NCBI RefSeq assembly: GCF_000142905.1
Contig: NW_013657672.1
Span: forward strand, 62,001 to 126,000
Reading direction: 5' to 3'
Source of the DNA: Thecamonas trahens ATCC 50062
Taxonomy: Eukaryota; Protista; Apusomonadida
Length of the DNA: 64,000 bases
In this document: positions 54,117 through 64,000 of the stretch, in pieces
Position numbering within the stretch: the stretch's first letter is position 1
Layout: the number at the start of each line of letters is the position of its first letter
The notes under the pieces: generated by a model
The model's input: only the letters and a program-made list of their open reading frames with translations
Told to the model about the DNA's origin: nothing
Databases searched by the model: none
Position numbers and translations under genes: made by a program

Positions 54117-57100
54117 TCACACCGCCGCCACGCCCGAGGTGATGGCAGCAAGGCCTGACGAAGCCGGCGCCCCGTCCTCGCCAACGGGAGCGTCCACGCC
54201 ATCACTCGGCCCAGCATCTTGGCCGGCGTCGGTATACTCGGGCGCGTCGGCGTGCATGAGGAGAAACTCGACCCAAAGGTCAGAGAGGCCCTTGCCGCTT
54301 GCACTGGTGCCAGCAGAGCCTGCAGAGCCGCTGCTGGTCGGGCCAAACCACGACGAGATCCAGCCGGTGAGGCCGGCGCCTGCGCCGACTCCGATAGCCG
54401 CCTGCTGTTCTTCGTCCAGGTCGAGCATCGACGAGAGGACGCTCAGCACGCCCGCCTTTTCTGCATCGGCCTTGGTGAAGTATGTCACGAGGAGGTTGGC
54501 CACCAGAGCCTTGTCGATACGGGCGTCGCTGGCGGTGAGCGCCTGCTGTGCAGCCATCATTTTCTGCATCGACGCCTTGATTGCCACCAGCTCGTCCTGC
54601 ACTGTGTGCAGTTCGGTGGTAGTGTGGCTGAGTCGGGCCTGAGTCCGGGCCCCGACCTCGCGGGCCTCGGCAAGCTCGCGCTGCAACACCGGGACCTGGT
54701 CCAGCTCGGCCTCGAGCGCAGCAACCTTGGCTTGGGCCGCAGTGAGCGCCTCGGTCGCCTCGTCGACCCGCGCAGCCACAAGCTCGTCCTGCGACTCTTG
54801 GAGCTGGTCGACAACCGAGACGAGGTTGCGGTTCTCGGTCGCCAGTCGCTCCACCTGAGCATTGAGCGTGCTCGCCTGCTCGCGGCTCGCCTCCAGCGCT
54901 GCCCGGGTTTCCTTGAGTTCAGCTGCCGTCGCCTCGTGGGTCTCGGACGACGCCCGCCCCTGTAGGTCGAGCTGGGCCCGGAGCGCCGCGAGCTCCTTGT
55001 CCGACGCGAGCACCTTGGCAGCGTGCCGCTCCTCCGACTCGATGAGGTGCGCCTTGAGTCGTTCGAGATCCTTACGCGCTTTGGCGTACGGCTCGGTGAC
55101 TTCAGTCAGAGCTCTCTGGTGCGCCATCGCCATTTCGGTCCGCTCCATCTCGGCAGCGGCGAGTGCCTGCTTCTGCTTTTGAAGTTGGATCGAGAGCGCC
55201 TGCACATGGGCGCGCTCAGCCTCGAGCGCGTCTTTGGCACCGGCCTGGACGCGTGAATTTTCCAGCTCCGAACCCAGGCGCACGAGCTGTTGGCTGGCCT
55301 CCCGCAGTTCGTTCTCCAGCTCGGCCGCCCGCCCGGCCGCATGCTGTGCCTCCTCCAGCGCTCGCGCCTGCTCTGCCGTTGTGCCGCGGGCAGCAGCAAG
55401 CGCTGATTCGAGCTCTGAGATCCGCGCCGCACCTGCAGACCCCTCTTGCTGCACTGCCGCAAGCGTCGATTCGAGCTCAGAGACGCGTGCTGCAGCGGCC
55501 GCAGCTGCAGCCTGGGCGTGAGCAGCATCGTCGTCATTGCTCCGTGCTGCGGCAACGGCAGCCTCCAACTCGCGAATGCGCGAGGCAGCGGTCTCAGCTG
55601 CAGCCTGTGCCCGACTCTGTGTCTCGGCCAGCGCTCTGTCGGACGCCATAGCGGCCTCCCGCGACTCACGGGCCTGTGCTATCTTGGCATCGATGGTCGT
55701 GCGTGCAGCATCCAGCTCGAGAGCAAGCTTGGCGCGCGCATCCTCGGCGGCAGCTGCGGCCTGTTGCGCGACTTCGAGCCGTGAGCGAAGGGCAGCAAGC
55801 TCTGCATCGCGCTCTGACACGGCGGCGCGCTCGGAGGCGAGGCTATTGGCAGCAGCGACGCGTTCGTTGGCCAGCTCACGTTCTGCAGCGGCCACACGGT
55901 CGCGAGCGGCTGCGAGCGCCTCGTCGCGCTGGGCGAGGAGGCTTTGGGTCTGCTGCGAGGCATCGGCCCGGGCAGACGCCTCGGCTTGGGCCAGCTGATT
56001 GCGGAGCTCTTCGGCGTCGCGAGTAGCAGACGCCAGTTGAGCCTGGGCCTGTTGGACCTCGGCAGCAGCTGCATCGCGAGCCGCGGCAAGTTCCGCCGTG
56101 AGCTTGGCGTTGGTAGCGTTGAGCTCGACAATGACCGTGCGCATGCCCTCGACAGTACTCTCTGTCTGGTCGTGGACCTGTCGCGAGGAGTCAAGCTTTG
56201 CGACCAGCTTTGCGTTTTCGGCAGCCAGCGCATCGCGCTCGGCCACCACATGAGCCACGCACTGCTCGACCGAGGACAGCAGAGCTTCGCTGGGAGATTC
56301 GGTGTCGTGATCGCCAGCGGCGCCGCGTCCGATGACCGACGTCTCGTGGGTGAGCTGTGCCACCAGCTGCTCTTGCTGGACGCGAAAAACGTCGAGCTGG
56401 GCGGTGGCGCGCTCGAGTGCGGTCCGCAGCTCCTCGTTGCGAGTCATGAGGTCTTGGCTCGGCTGGGCCGGGACAGCCGGTTCCTTGACCGCCTGTGCCA
56501 TACGCTTGTACATGTCGCGTTCCTCGCGGATCTCGATCAGCGCATCCTCCAGCTCCTCGATGCGCGCCTCGAGGCTGGCGACCGAGTCATTGGCGGCCGG
56601 GGCGGCGCCTCCAGCCACCGCCACTTGGAAGGCGGCAACGCTCGGCTGCGAACCTGCGGTCCGAGCCTCGTTTAGCTGCGCAGTGAGGCTCTGGATGTGA
56701 CTGTCCTTTGACGACACGATGTCTGCCAGCTCGTGGCGCGAGTGCTCCAGCTCGCGCCGGAGACCAGTAGCCTCGTCTTCCAGCGACGCCACCAACTTGC
56801 GGGTCTGTGCCAGCTGATCGCGGTGCTGGGCAAGAGCACCCTCGAGCACCTTGACCTTACCTTCAGCCGAGAGCCCGACGCCTGAACCCGAGCCAGCACC
56901 GGCTCGGATCCGGTGACCATGAATCGGCGGAGCTGACGCCGACGCCGATGCCGTCGATGACGCCGACGCCGATGCCGACGTCGGACCCGACGCCGATGCC
57001 GGAGACGCTAGCGACGGCGAGAGACGTGGCGAGCCTGGACGAGAGATATCCTCCACCGTTGTCTCATACACCTCCTCCTGGACCTCTAGCAACAGATCTT

Positions 57101-57261
57101 TGGTCAACTCGCCCGCTTGTTCCGCATACGTGCTCTACATCCGTACCATGATGCCGACCAGGGAGAGAGTGAGCGCATTCAGGCGAGAAAGGAGAAGGGG
57201 GGCACCCCATACGTACTCGGGCTCGGTTTAGCCATGCAGCAGCCAGCAGCCACACCGATGA
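54117..57261 (-). CDS. TRIP11: GMAP-210/TRIP11 (Rud3)-like golgin with a GRAB domain; exons 54117-57134 and probably 57217-57261; first exon not located
   Basis: Long coiled coil; C-terminal IDKALVANLLVTYF..VLSVLSSMLDL..GWISSWFG..LSDLWVEFLL; N-terminal ELTKDLLLEVQEEV. GTACGT...TAG intron at 57135-57216. Confidence 0.8.
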
Positions 57262-57962
57262 CTGCAAGCAGGTAACAGTCCCATGATGCCACACCACGCC
57301 CTTCCCTTGTCCCCCCCCCCGNNNNNNNNNNNNNNNNNNNNNNNNNNNNNNNNNNNNNNNNNNNNNNNNNNNNNNNNNNNNNNNNNNNNNNNNNNNNNNN
57401 NNNNNNNNNNNNNNNNNNNNNNNNNNNNNNNNNNNNNNNNNNNNNNNNNNNNNNNNNNNNNNNNNNNNNNNNNNNNNNNNNNNNNNNNNNNNNNNNNNNN
57501 NNNNNNNNNNNNNNNNNNNNNNNNNNNNNNNNNNNNATCCCCCCCCCCCGTTACTGCCGGTTGTAAACACATCAATCGTCGACGATGGTGATGGGACAGG
57601 GACAAGCATGGCCGACTCGCCCCTGATTGTGGCGATGATAACGCAGTGAAAGTAGCCCCCCCCCCTCCCCCCCTCCCCCCTTCCTCGAGGTCATCTTGTT
57701 ACCTAAGGTCGTCGCCCCAGAGGCCGCAGCTGTCCTTATCAGGTGGTAGTGGTCTCATTGACCACGTCACTTGTGGTCATCCGCTGCCGAAGCTATGCTC
57801 CAGCCATTCTGCGGCATCATGTTTGCCCATGGAACACACATCATCGGTTCCGATTGACTACCTCCTGTCATGTGTGTGAACCATCCCAGTGCCATGTCTA
57901 TCCAGCTCCGCCATCAGGTTCCTGAAGGTACACCGATCAGTCCCCTTCAACAGCAACAGCTG

Positions 57963-58186
57963 CATCGGCTACATCGGCTACATCGGCTACATCGGCTACA
58001 TCGGCTACATCGGCTACATCGGCTACATCGGCTACATCGGCTACATCGGCTACATCGGCTACATCGGCTACATCGGCTACATCGGCTACATCGGCTACAT
58101 CGGCTACATCGGCTACATCGGCTACATCGGCTACATCGGCTACATCGGCTACATCGGCTACATCGGCTACATCGGCTACATCGGCA
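57963..58186. repeat. Perfect 9-bp tandem repeat (CATCGGCTA)n, ~25 copies, between divergent genes
   Basis: Direct inspection. Confidence 0.97.
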
Positions 58187-58425
58187 ACTCTCTGTATCCC
58201 ATCCACCGACTCCATGATCACACCAGTGTGTCATCTGTGGGTATGAGCCAATGAAGTGAACCCACAATCGCGAGCAAAAGGGTGGGCGACGAGGGCGACG
58301 AGGGCGACGAGGGCGACGAGGGCGAGTCGAGCGCCGAGACGGCGGCCCGCCTGCCCTCAACCTCCCTGACCACCCTGGTTGACGCACCCATCCACACTTC
58401 ACGCACGCTGAGTACGTGTGGGCAC

Positions 58426-60746
58426 ATGGGTCGCAGAAGACGGAAGAAGGCAGCGGGCAAGGGCAGCAGGGGCTACGCCACCACCTCGCTGGCTTCGGCG
58501 GACAAGACGGACAAGACAGACTCGGCGGTGCCGAAGGCTGTGCAGATCGCATCTGACGTGACGGCTGGGAATGCTGAGCCGCCAGCGGCTGATGACGGCG
58601 CGACAGAGCTCGACGAGAAGCGATGTCGGCATCTGGCGACGGTGCGGACAAAGGTGATGCGCCGTAAGCTGCCGCATGCAGCTCTGGACTCGTGCCTCTC
58701 GTGTGGCACCCAAGGTGCCGAGCTGTGGATCTGTCTGTGGTGTGCTCAGTTGGGTTGTGGCCGCGCTGCGTCGGGCTGTGCGCTGCAGCACGCCCAGTCA
58801 GCGGGAGCAAGCACGTGCTTGTTCTGTCATGCTCGTCGCTGATGGTCTGGTGCTACGGGTGTGATGCAGAGGTTGGGCTGCTTCCCGACCGCGCTCTGCA
58901 CGAGGCCCGCGCGCTTGTCCGCCGATACGCAGGGCTCGGTGACCACGTCATGGATCCGTCGGCGACTAACAGCGATGTGCAACTGCCTGCAGTCAATGCT
59001 GCCCCACCAGCGCTCAAAGGCAAGCGCAACAGCGGTCACGCCCGTTCAGCGCCTGGCAAGATCTCGTGGTGGGACGGTGGCGTCGAGTGCGGCGCCACCA
59101 AGGCCAAGCCCAAGGCCAAGCCGCGGCGGAACACCGCCGGCAAGCGCGGCCGACTCAAGGGCGTTGCGCCCGGCATGTGCGGCATCCCCAACATTGGCAA
59201 CACATGCTTCTTCAACTCGGTCCTGCAGACGCTCGCCCAAATGCCGCCGCTTGTCGCCGGGTTGGTGATCACTCCGCGGCCTGCTGGCATTGCTGGCCTG
59301 CTCAGCGACGTGCTGCGGACCATGTGGAAGCCCTCTAGTGGCAGCCCAAACCCACGCAAGCTCTTTGGCGCCATCTGTGGTCTTGCGCCGCAGTTCAGAG
59401 GTTTTGGTCAGCAGGATGCCCACGAGCTGTTACGGGTCCTGGTTGATGGCTTGCGCGACGAGTCTGACGTGCGTCCGCCACTAGTGGACACTGTCTGGCG
59501 CGGGGAAATGGTCTCGGTAGTCATCTGCGATGTCTGCGCTGTCCCTTCGCTCCGGCGCGAGCCGCTGTACGACATCTCGCTGCCGGTGGGCAAGCCGAGG
59601 GCCGCAGCCACCCGCCCCCACTCTGGCTACGTTGCCGGGGCGGGCTACGGCGCCGCGTCCAGCTCGCGCCGTGGTAAGCGCAAGAACAAGCGTAAGAACA
59701 AGCGTCGCGGACAAGGGCTGGCTGTCGACGACTGGTACAACCCGCTTGAGTCGGCCATCCCCGATCGCGCTGCAGCCACAGAGCAGGCTGCTGTGCCCGG
59801 CCACGATGCGCTCTCGGGCGAGCTCTCCGGCTTTCGCGACGGGACGGGTCCTGACATCGACCACTACGTCGGCCCAGGTGTTGCCGGCTCTGTCAGCTTT
59901 CATCGCCTCCCGCCTGAGCTGGCGGCGGCGGCAAGCGCGACGCCAATCACCCTCGAGGGCTGCCTGGCTGCTTTCGCCGCAGTCGAGACGCTCGATGCCG
60001 CCAATCGCTACGCCTGCTCCGCATGCACCAAGGCCAAGCTGGGTAGTATCGAGGCCGAGCGCGGCGAGCCGCTCCCGCAGCAGGTCTGGCGCAAACGCCG
60101 GGTCTTCCAGACCGCTCTCAAGCAGCTGGTCCTCACACGCCTTCCGCCTGTCCTCATTCTGCATCTGAAGCGGTTCGATCAGTCGCGCGGCCGCATGGCC
60201 AAGCTTGGCGCACACGTGGTCTTCCCTCCCATTCTTGACATGGCTCCGTTTGTGGCAAGCGATCTGCCCCACGTCGACGCAGTCGAGCTCGCGCACTCGT
60301 CATCCTCTGACAGCTCGGCGTCGAACGATGACGATGACGCCACCGCACATGACGACGCGCCGCTGACCTACGCCCTCGTCGGGATTGTCGTCCACAGCGG
60401 CTCACTCCACGGCGGCCACTACGTGGCTTACGTCCGCCACTCGGACGCCATCGCGACCGCGCAGCGAAGGTCCGACTCGAATGCTGCCGATCCAAGTGTC
60501 GACAGCGAGCCGAGAACCCGCAGCCAGTGGCTGGCTTGGTTGCACGCCTCGGCCTGGCTGTATGTCTCGGATTCATCGGTCTCACTCTCGAGCCTCGACG
60601 ACGTGCTGCGGCAGCAGGCGTATCTCCTAGTTTACGAGCGGATTGAGTGTGCGCCCGAGCCTGTACCCGGACCCAATGCTCAGCCGAGCGATGCATCGGA
60701 GACTTCCGACGTACCGGACGCCTCATCGCCGGCGCCTGTGACGTGA
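58426..60746 (+). CDS. Ubiquitin-specific protease USP16/USP45-like (ZnF-UBP + USP) with a 1-nt frameshift at G3 58803-58805
   Basis: ZnF-UBP CRHL..CLSC..LWICLWC...GCGR..ALQH / KHVLVL..VWCYGCD. Cys box GIPNIGNTCFFNSVLQ, QQDAHELL, LHLKRF, His box HSGSLHGGHYVAYV, SDS, AYLLVYER. Confidence 0.9.
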
Positions 60747-63700
60747 GTTGGAGCTCGAGGCGATTGTCGGAGCGAGGTCGTTGTCATCATCGTCGTCGTC
60801 ATCCTGCCCGTCCTCCCCGCCGGTCAATTCGCTCTCCACGAGACCGAGTTCACGGGAGAGGACCGAGATAATGTCGGCAAAGGTCGGACGCGCGGTTGGA
60901 ACCTCGGCCCAGCACGCCTGCAGCATGTTGGCCCAGAGCCGCGGCATGGACTCGCCGATCGGCGGGCGAAGGCCGGCGGCGAGAACGCCGGCAGCAACCT
61001 GTGGCGCGGTGAGGTCGGCAAAGACGGGCGTGCGGGTGACAAGCTCCCACATGGCGATGCCAAAGGCCCAAACATCGGCTGGAGGCCCGTGGTTGCCGCG
61101 AAGCGACTCGGGAGCCATGGCCTTGAGCGGACCCACAAACGTCGAACTGGTAGCCTCTCCCACGCTTGAAGCCTCGGCAAGAACCGTCTTGGAGAGCCCA
61201 AAGTCGGCGACCTTGATGGAGCCGCGCCCGGTCACCAACAGGTTGCGGAGCGCGAGGTCGCGATGAACGAGCCCCTCGGAATGAATGTGCATCATACCTG
61301 ATGCCACCTCAAGCGCAATCTGAAACATGCGGTTGGCCGGAATGGTGACCTGGCCGTCGAAGACAAGCTTGTCGAGTGAGCCGCCCGAGCAGTACTCGGT
61401 GACCAGGTACAGTTCGCGGATGCCAGTCGGAAGGACAACTCCTGACATGCCCAGAAAGAGCACAATGTTTGGGTGGGCTTTGAGCCCGTGCATCGTCGCC
61501 ACCTCGCGGAGAAAGGCGGCCATGTGGCGGCCGTCGACGGCAGCACGCAGGCGCTTGACCGCTACGTCGGCGCCGCGCCAGCTCCCCACATACACAACCC
61601 CAAACGCACCAGAGCCAATCTGGTCGCCGATGACAAGCTCGCCAAAGTCGAGTTGGGCCGCTCCTGCACTTGCGCCAAAGTCAACATCCTTCAGCTCGCC
61701 GTCGCTGCTGCTGCTTCTGGCGCTCGACGGACCGACGCCCGCGAGCTCGCGGCGGATTCGCGCCGCCACCCCGAGCGGGATGCTCGCGCCGCGCGCAAGT
61801 TCGGATGTCGAGAGCGCCTCCACTGCAGCGCCGTCGAGTTTCGCAGCGCGAATAGCGTCAACGTGGATGGCAAGCTCGGGCTGGCCGACGCACCACGCCA
61901 CCACTTGATCAACTGTCCACTTGGCAAGCGGCGCATCGGGCGTCGCCCCCATAGTCACTGATGTGGCGCCTGGCGGCAGTCCAAGCATGGCGGCAGCCTG
62001 CGGGCACGGCACGACAGGGTCAAAGTACGCTCCATCGTGCCTGAGGTCGGACCAGGGAATCGGGAGCTCAAAGCCTGCAGTACGGAACTGGGCCTCAGCG
62101 AAGAGCGCAAAGGCGCGCTCAAAGGCCGGGAATCGCGTACCGTCCCCGTGCGTCGTCCAGAACGTGCGCGGGTCGCCAGGCCACGCCGGTGGCGGAGTCG
62201 GCGACGCCACATCGTCGTGCCGCCACGCCGAGACAGGCACCACAAACGCCGCGAGATCATCGGCCCGCACGCCGGCCAGCGGGGTTGAGAACAGCACTAG
62301 GTCGCCATCGTTGGCAGAGAGTGTGACCCAGGCGTAGCCGCCGACTGGCATCAGTTCCGGCGTCGGCGGGATCTGGACTGCGTCCGATGAGCGCGCCAGC
62401 GCGTCAGCATGCTCGAGCAGCTGTCCAAAGTCGAGTTGGGCCTTATCACCGACCTTGTGATCGGGCGCCAGACGTGCAACGCCACACTCGGCTGCCAGCA
62501 CGTCGACGGGCGTTCCGGTCCACGCGTGTGCGTAGGCGATGACATAGGCTGTGAGCAGGGCCAAGTCGAACGGGTACTTGGTCGACTTGTCCATCCAGAA
62601 CAGTGGATTCGAGCGAAGCGCTCCGGGCGGCCAGCGCGCACCCTCAACGCCGAGGTATGGGTGGAAAAGCCGCCGCCAGAGCTTGGTCAGCCACGGGGCA
62701 TGGATCCAGGGCAGGATCCGGAACGTGATGGGACGGACGACGTAGTAGGCGGCGACCCGGTCTGCAAGTGTGTGGCGGGGATCAAACGGCGGCACGTCCA
62801 TGTGTGGTGCCACCTTGGCTGACGACTGAAGCTTGAGGAGAAAGCACTCGTTGGCCAGGCGCAGCTCGCCCGGCTCGGCCACACCATATGCATCGCAGAT
62901 CGGGTCCAGCACCTCGGGCACCCACATGAGCGGCGTCGTCAGGCCGTGGACGTAGACTATGCCGGACGAGCGCTCTCCAATTGTCAGCGGCTGTCGCACT
63001 TTGCGCACACCATCGTAAAACAAAACAGAGTCGTCGTCTGAGAAGAAAGCAGCCCGCTGGCCTGGATCGTGGAGACCGCCGAGCGTCGCCAGTGCTGCCC
63101 GCGACACCACACTCCCAGGCGTGGCAAAGTCGAAGATTGACAGCGCGTTCGAGCCCGAGCGTGAGGCGAGAAAGTCGAGATAGAGCTGAAAGTGAGCCTC
63201 GACCGTTGCCTTGGCCGCACGCGGCAGCACGTCCGAGACCACCACGTGGCCTTGGGTCCGGAATGCGGCGCGCTGCGCGTCGCTCAGCGCCCGCGCCGGC
63301 GGCAGCGTCGGAACCGCAAGCGGCACCCGTGCCGCTGCACTTGCCATCGGCGGCACCGGCGTGCCACCAAGGACGAGGCGGATCCACATCAGGGTCTCGC
63401 CCATGACGTTGGCCGAGCTTGGCGAGCCACCGGACCAGAACGACTCTGAGCGGAACGGCGACTTTGCAAGCGGCCGCGGTGCCGACGATAGCAGAGCCGC
63501 AGCGAGCGGTGGATGCTGCACATACAACGCAAGAAGGCCATCGCGCATGACATTGACCCGTCGCAGCTTCCATGCCGCCTGCTGCGCCTCGCTCAGCGGG
63601 CGCTCGCGGCGGAGCTGGCGGGCGGCAGCAGCGAGCGTCCCAGCCTCGGCAGCATCACGGAGCAGGATCTGGACCGCCGGCACCGTGTCGTACTTGGTAG

Positions 63701-63911
63701 CTTGAAAGTAGTGCAATGCCGAAGAGTACCTCGCACCGCCGAGTGTAATGGCGATTCGGCATCGCGCCACATCAGGAAACACCGCCGCCACCGCCGCCGC
63801 CGCCTTCTCTGGCACCTGTGGCCAAGCCGAGGAGAGAAAGGCCCAGCCATTGACCTTGCTGGTCGCGAAGAACAGCGTGTCGAGAACGAGTCCCTCATCC
63901 TCCTCAGCCAT
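60723..63911 (-). CDS. NADAR(YbiA)-like - PhyH-like dioxygenase-fold - SAM - tyrosine-kinase/TKL multidomain protein, 1062 aa
   Basis: NADAR pattern (FLS..HYFQATKY..W...VM..QHP.L..LL..FW..N.MG..LM.IR); LSDAQRAAFRTQGHVVV and PHMD; SAM WTVDQVVAW; kinase GSGAFG, VAVK, HRDLALRN, DFG, MAPE, DVWAFG. Confidence 0.88.
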   Translation of the reverse strand: MAEEDEGLVLDTLFFATSKVNGWAFLSSAWPQVPEKAAAAVAAVFPDVARCRIAITLGGARYSSALHYFQATKYDTVPAVQILLRDAAEAGTLAAAARQLRRERPLSEAQQAAWKLRRVNVMRDGLLALYVQHPPLAAALLSSAPRPLAKSPFRSESFWSGGSPSSANVMGETLMWIRLVLGGTPVPPMASAAARVPLAVPTLPPARALSDAQRAAFRTQGHVVVSDVLPRAAKATVEAHFQLYLDFLASRSGSNALSIFDFATPGSVVSRAALATLGGLHDPGQRAAFFSDDDSVLFYDGVRKVRQPLTIGERSSGIVYVHGLTTPLMWVPEVLDPICDAYGVAEPGELRLANECFLLKLQSSAKVAPHMDVPPFDPRHTLADRVAAYYVVRPITFRILPWIHAPWLTKLWRRLFHPYLGVEGARWPPGALRSNPLFWMDKSTKYPFDLALLTAYVIAYAHAWTGTPVDVLAAECGVARLAPDHKVGDKAQLDFGQLLEHADALARSSDAVQIPPTPELMPVGGYAWVTLSANDGDLVLFSTPLAGVRADDLAAFVVPVSAWRHDDVASPTPPPAWPGDPRTFWTTHGDGTRFPAFERAFALFAEAQFRTAGFELPIPWSDLRHDGAYFDPVVPCPQAAAMLGLPPGATSVTMGATPDAPLAKWTVDQVVAWCVGQPELAIHVDAIRAAKLDGAAVEALSTSELARGASIPLGVAARIRRELAGVGPSSARSSSSDGELKDVDFGASAGAAQLDFGELVIGDQIGSGAFGVVYVGSWRGADVAVKRLRAAVDGRHMAAFLREVATMHGLKAHPNIVLFLGMSGVVLPTGIRELYLVTEYCSGGSLDKLVFDGQVTIPANRMFQIALEVASGMMHIHSEGLVHRDLALRNLLVTGRGSIKVADFGLSKTVLAEASSVGEATSSTFVGPLKAMAPESLRGNHGPPADVWAFGIAMWELVTRTPVFADLTAPQVAAGVLAAGLRPPIGESMPRLWANMLQACWAEVPTARPTFADIISVLSRELGLVESELTGGEDGQDDDDDDDNDLAPTIASSSNSRHRRRR

Positions 63912-64000
63912 CCCACACCTACACTGTCCACACTGCTGACGCCTCCCAGGGGGGGGTAGGCCGGTAAGGCCGCGACGGGGGGGGTGTCGAAGGCATGTCT

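Noticed and set aside
57870-58254. (LHR)n, (GYI)n, (VAD)n and (CSR)n peptides
   Set aside because: These are artefacts of a stop-free 9-bp repeat with no synonymous variation between units.
1-64000. tRNA and rRNA genes
   Set aside because: No cloverleaf or rRNA signature was recognised by eye; tRNAscan-SE or Infernal would be needed to exclude them.

Overview
GC-rich, gene-dense eukaryotic genomic DNA with few introns and five N-gaps. Composition, GTACG-type splice donors and an opisthokont-like gene set suggest a unicellular protist such as an apusomonad; this is inference and cannot be confirmed here. About 21 protein-coding genes are supportable: an EEP-family phosphodiesterase, a CAR/NRPS-like reductase, a cullin, FAM98, RPL27A, borealin, two CLASP-family genes, a mitochondrial carrier, HSF, a 2.3-kaa coiled-coil orphan, SPT5, RPS30, an F-box/ARL13-like GTPase, CSN7, PFK, TRAPPC12, CEP120, an orphan, an ArfGAP-ANK-SH3 protein, a TRIP11/GMAP-210 golgin, USP16/45 and a multidomain kinase. 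There are also two piggyBac-like remnants and several mini/microsatellites. Most notable: (1) a NADAR(degenerate)-PhyH-like-SAM-tyrosine-kinase-like fusion; (2) a carboxylic-acid-reductase module fused behind a duplicated beta-domain and a ZZ zinc finger; (3) a cullin with a CUL1-like N-terminal half and a CUL3-like C-terminal half; (4) an acylated F-box/ARL13-like GTPase; (5) E2F- and CHR-like motifs upstream of the mitotic/centriole genes. Three genes carry 1-nt frameshifts at homopolymers, probably sequencing errors. All domain calls come from motif recognition by eye; no searches were run.
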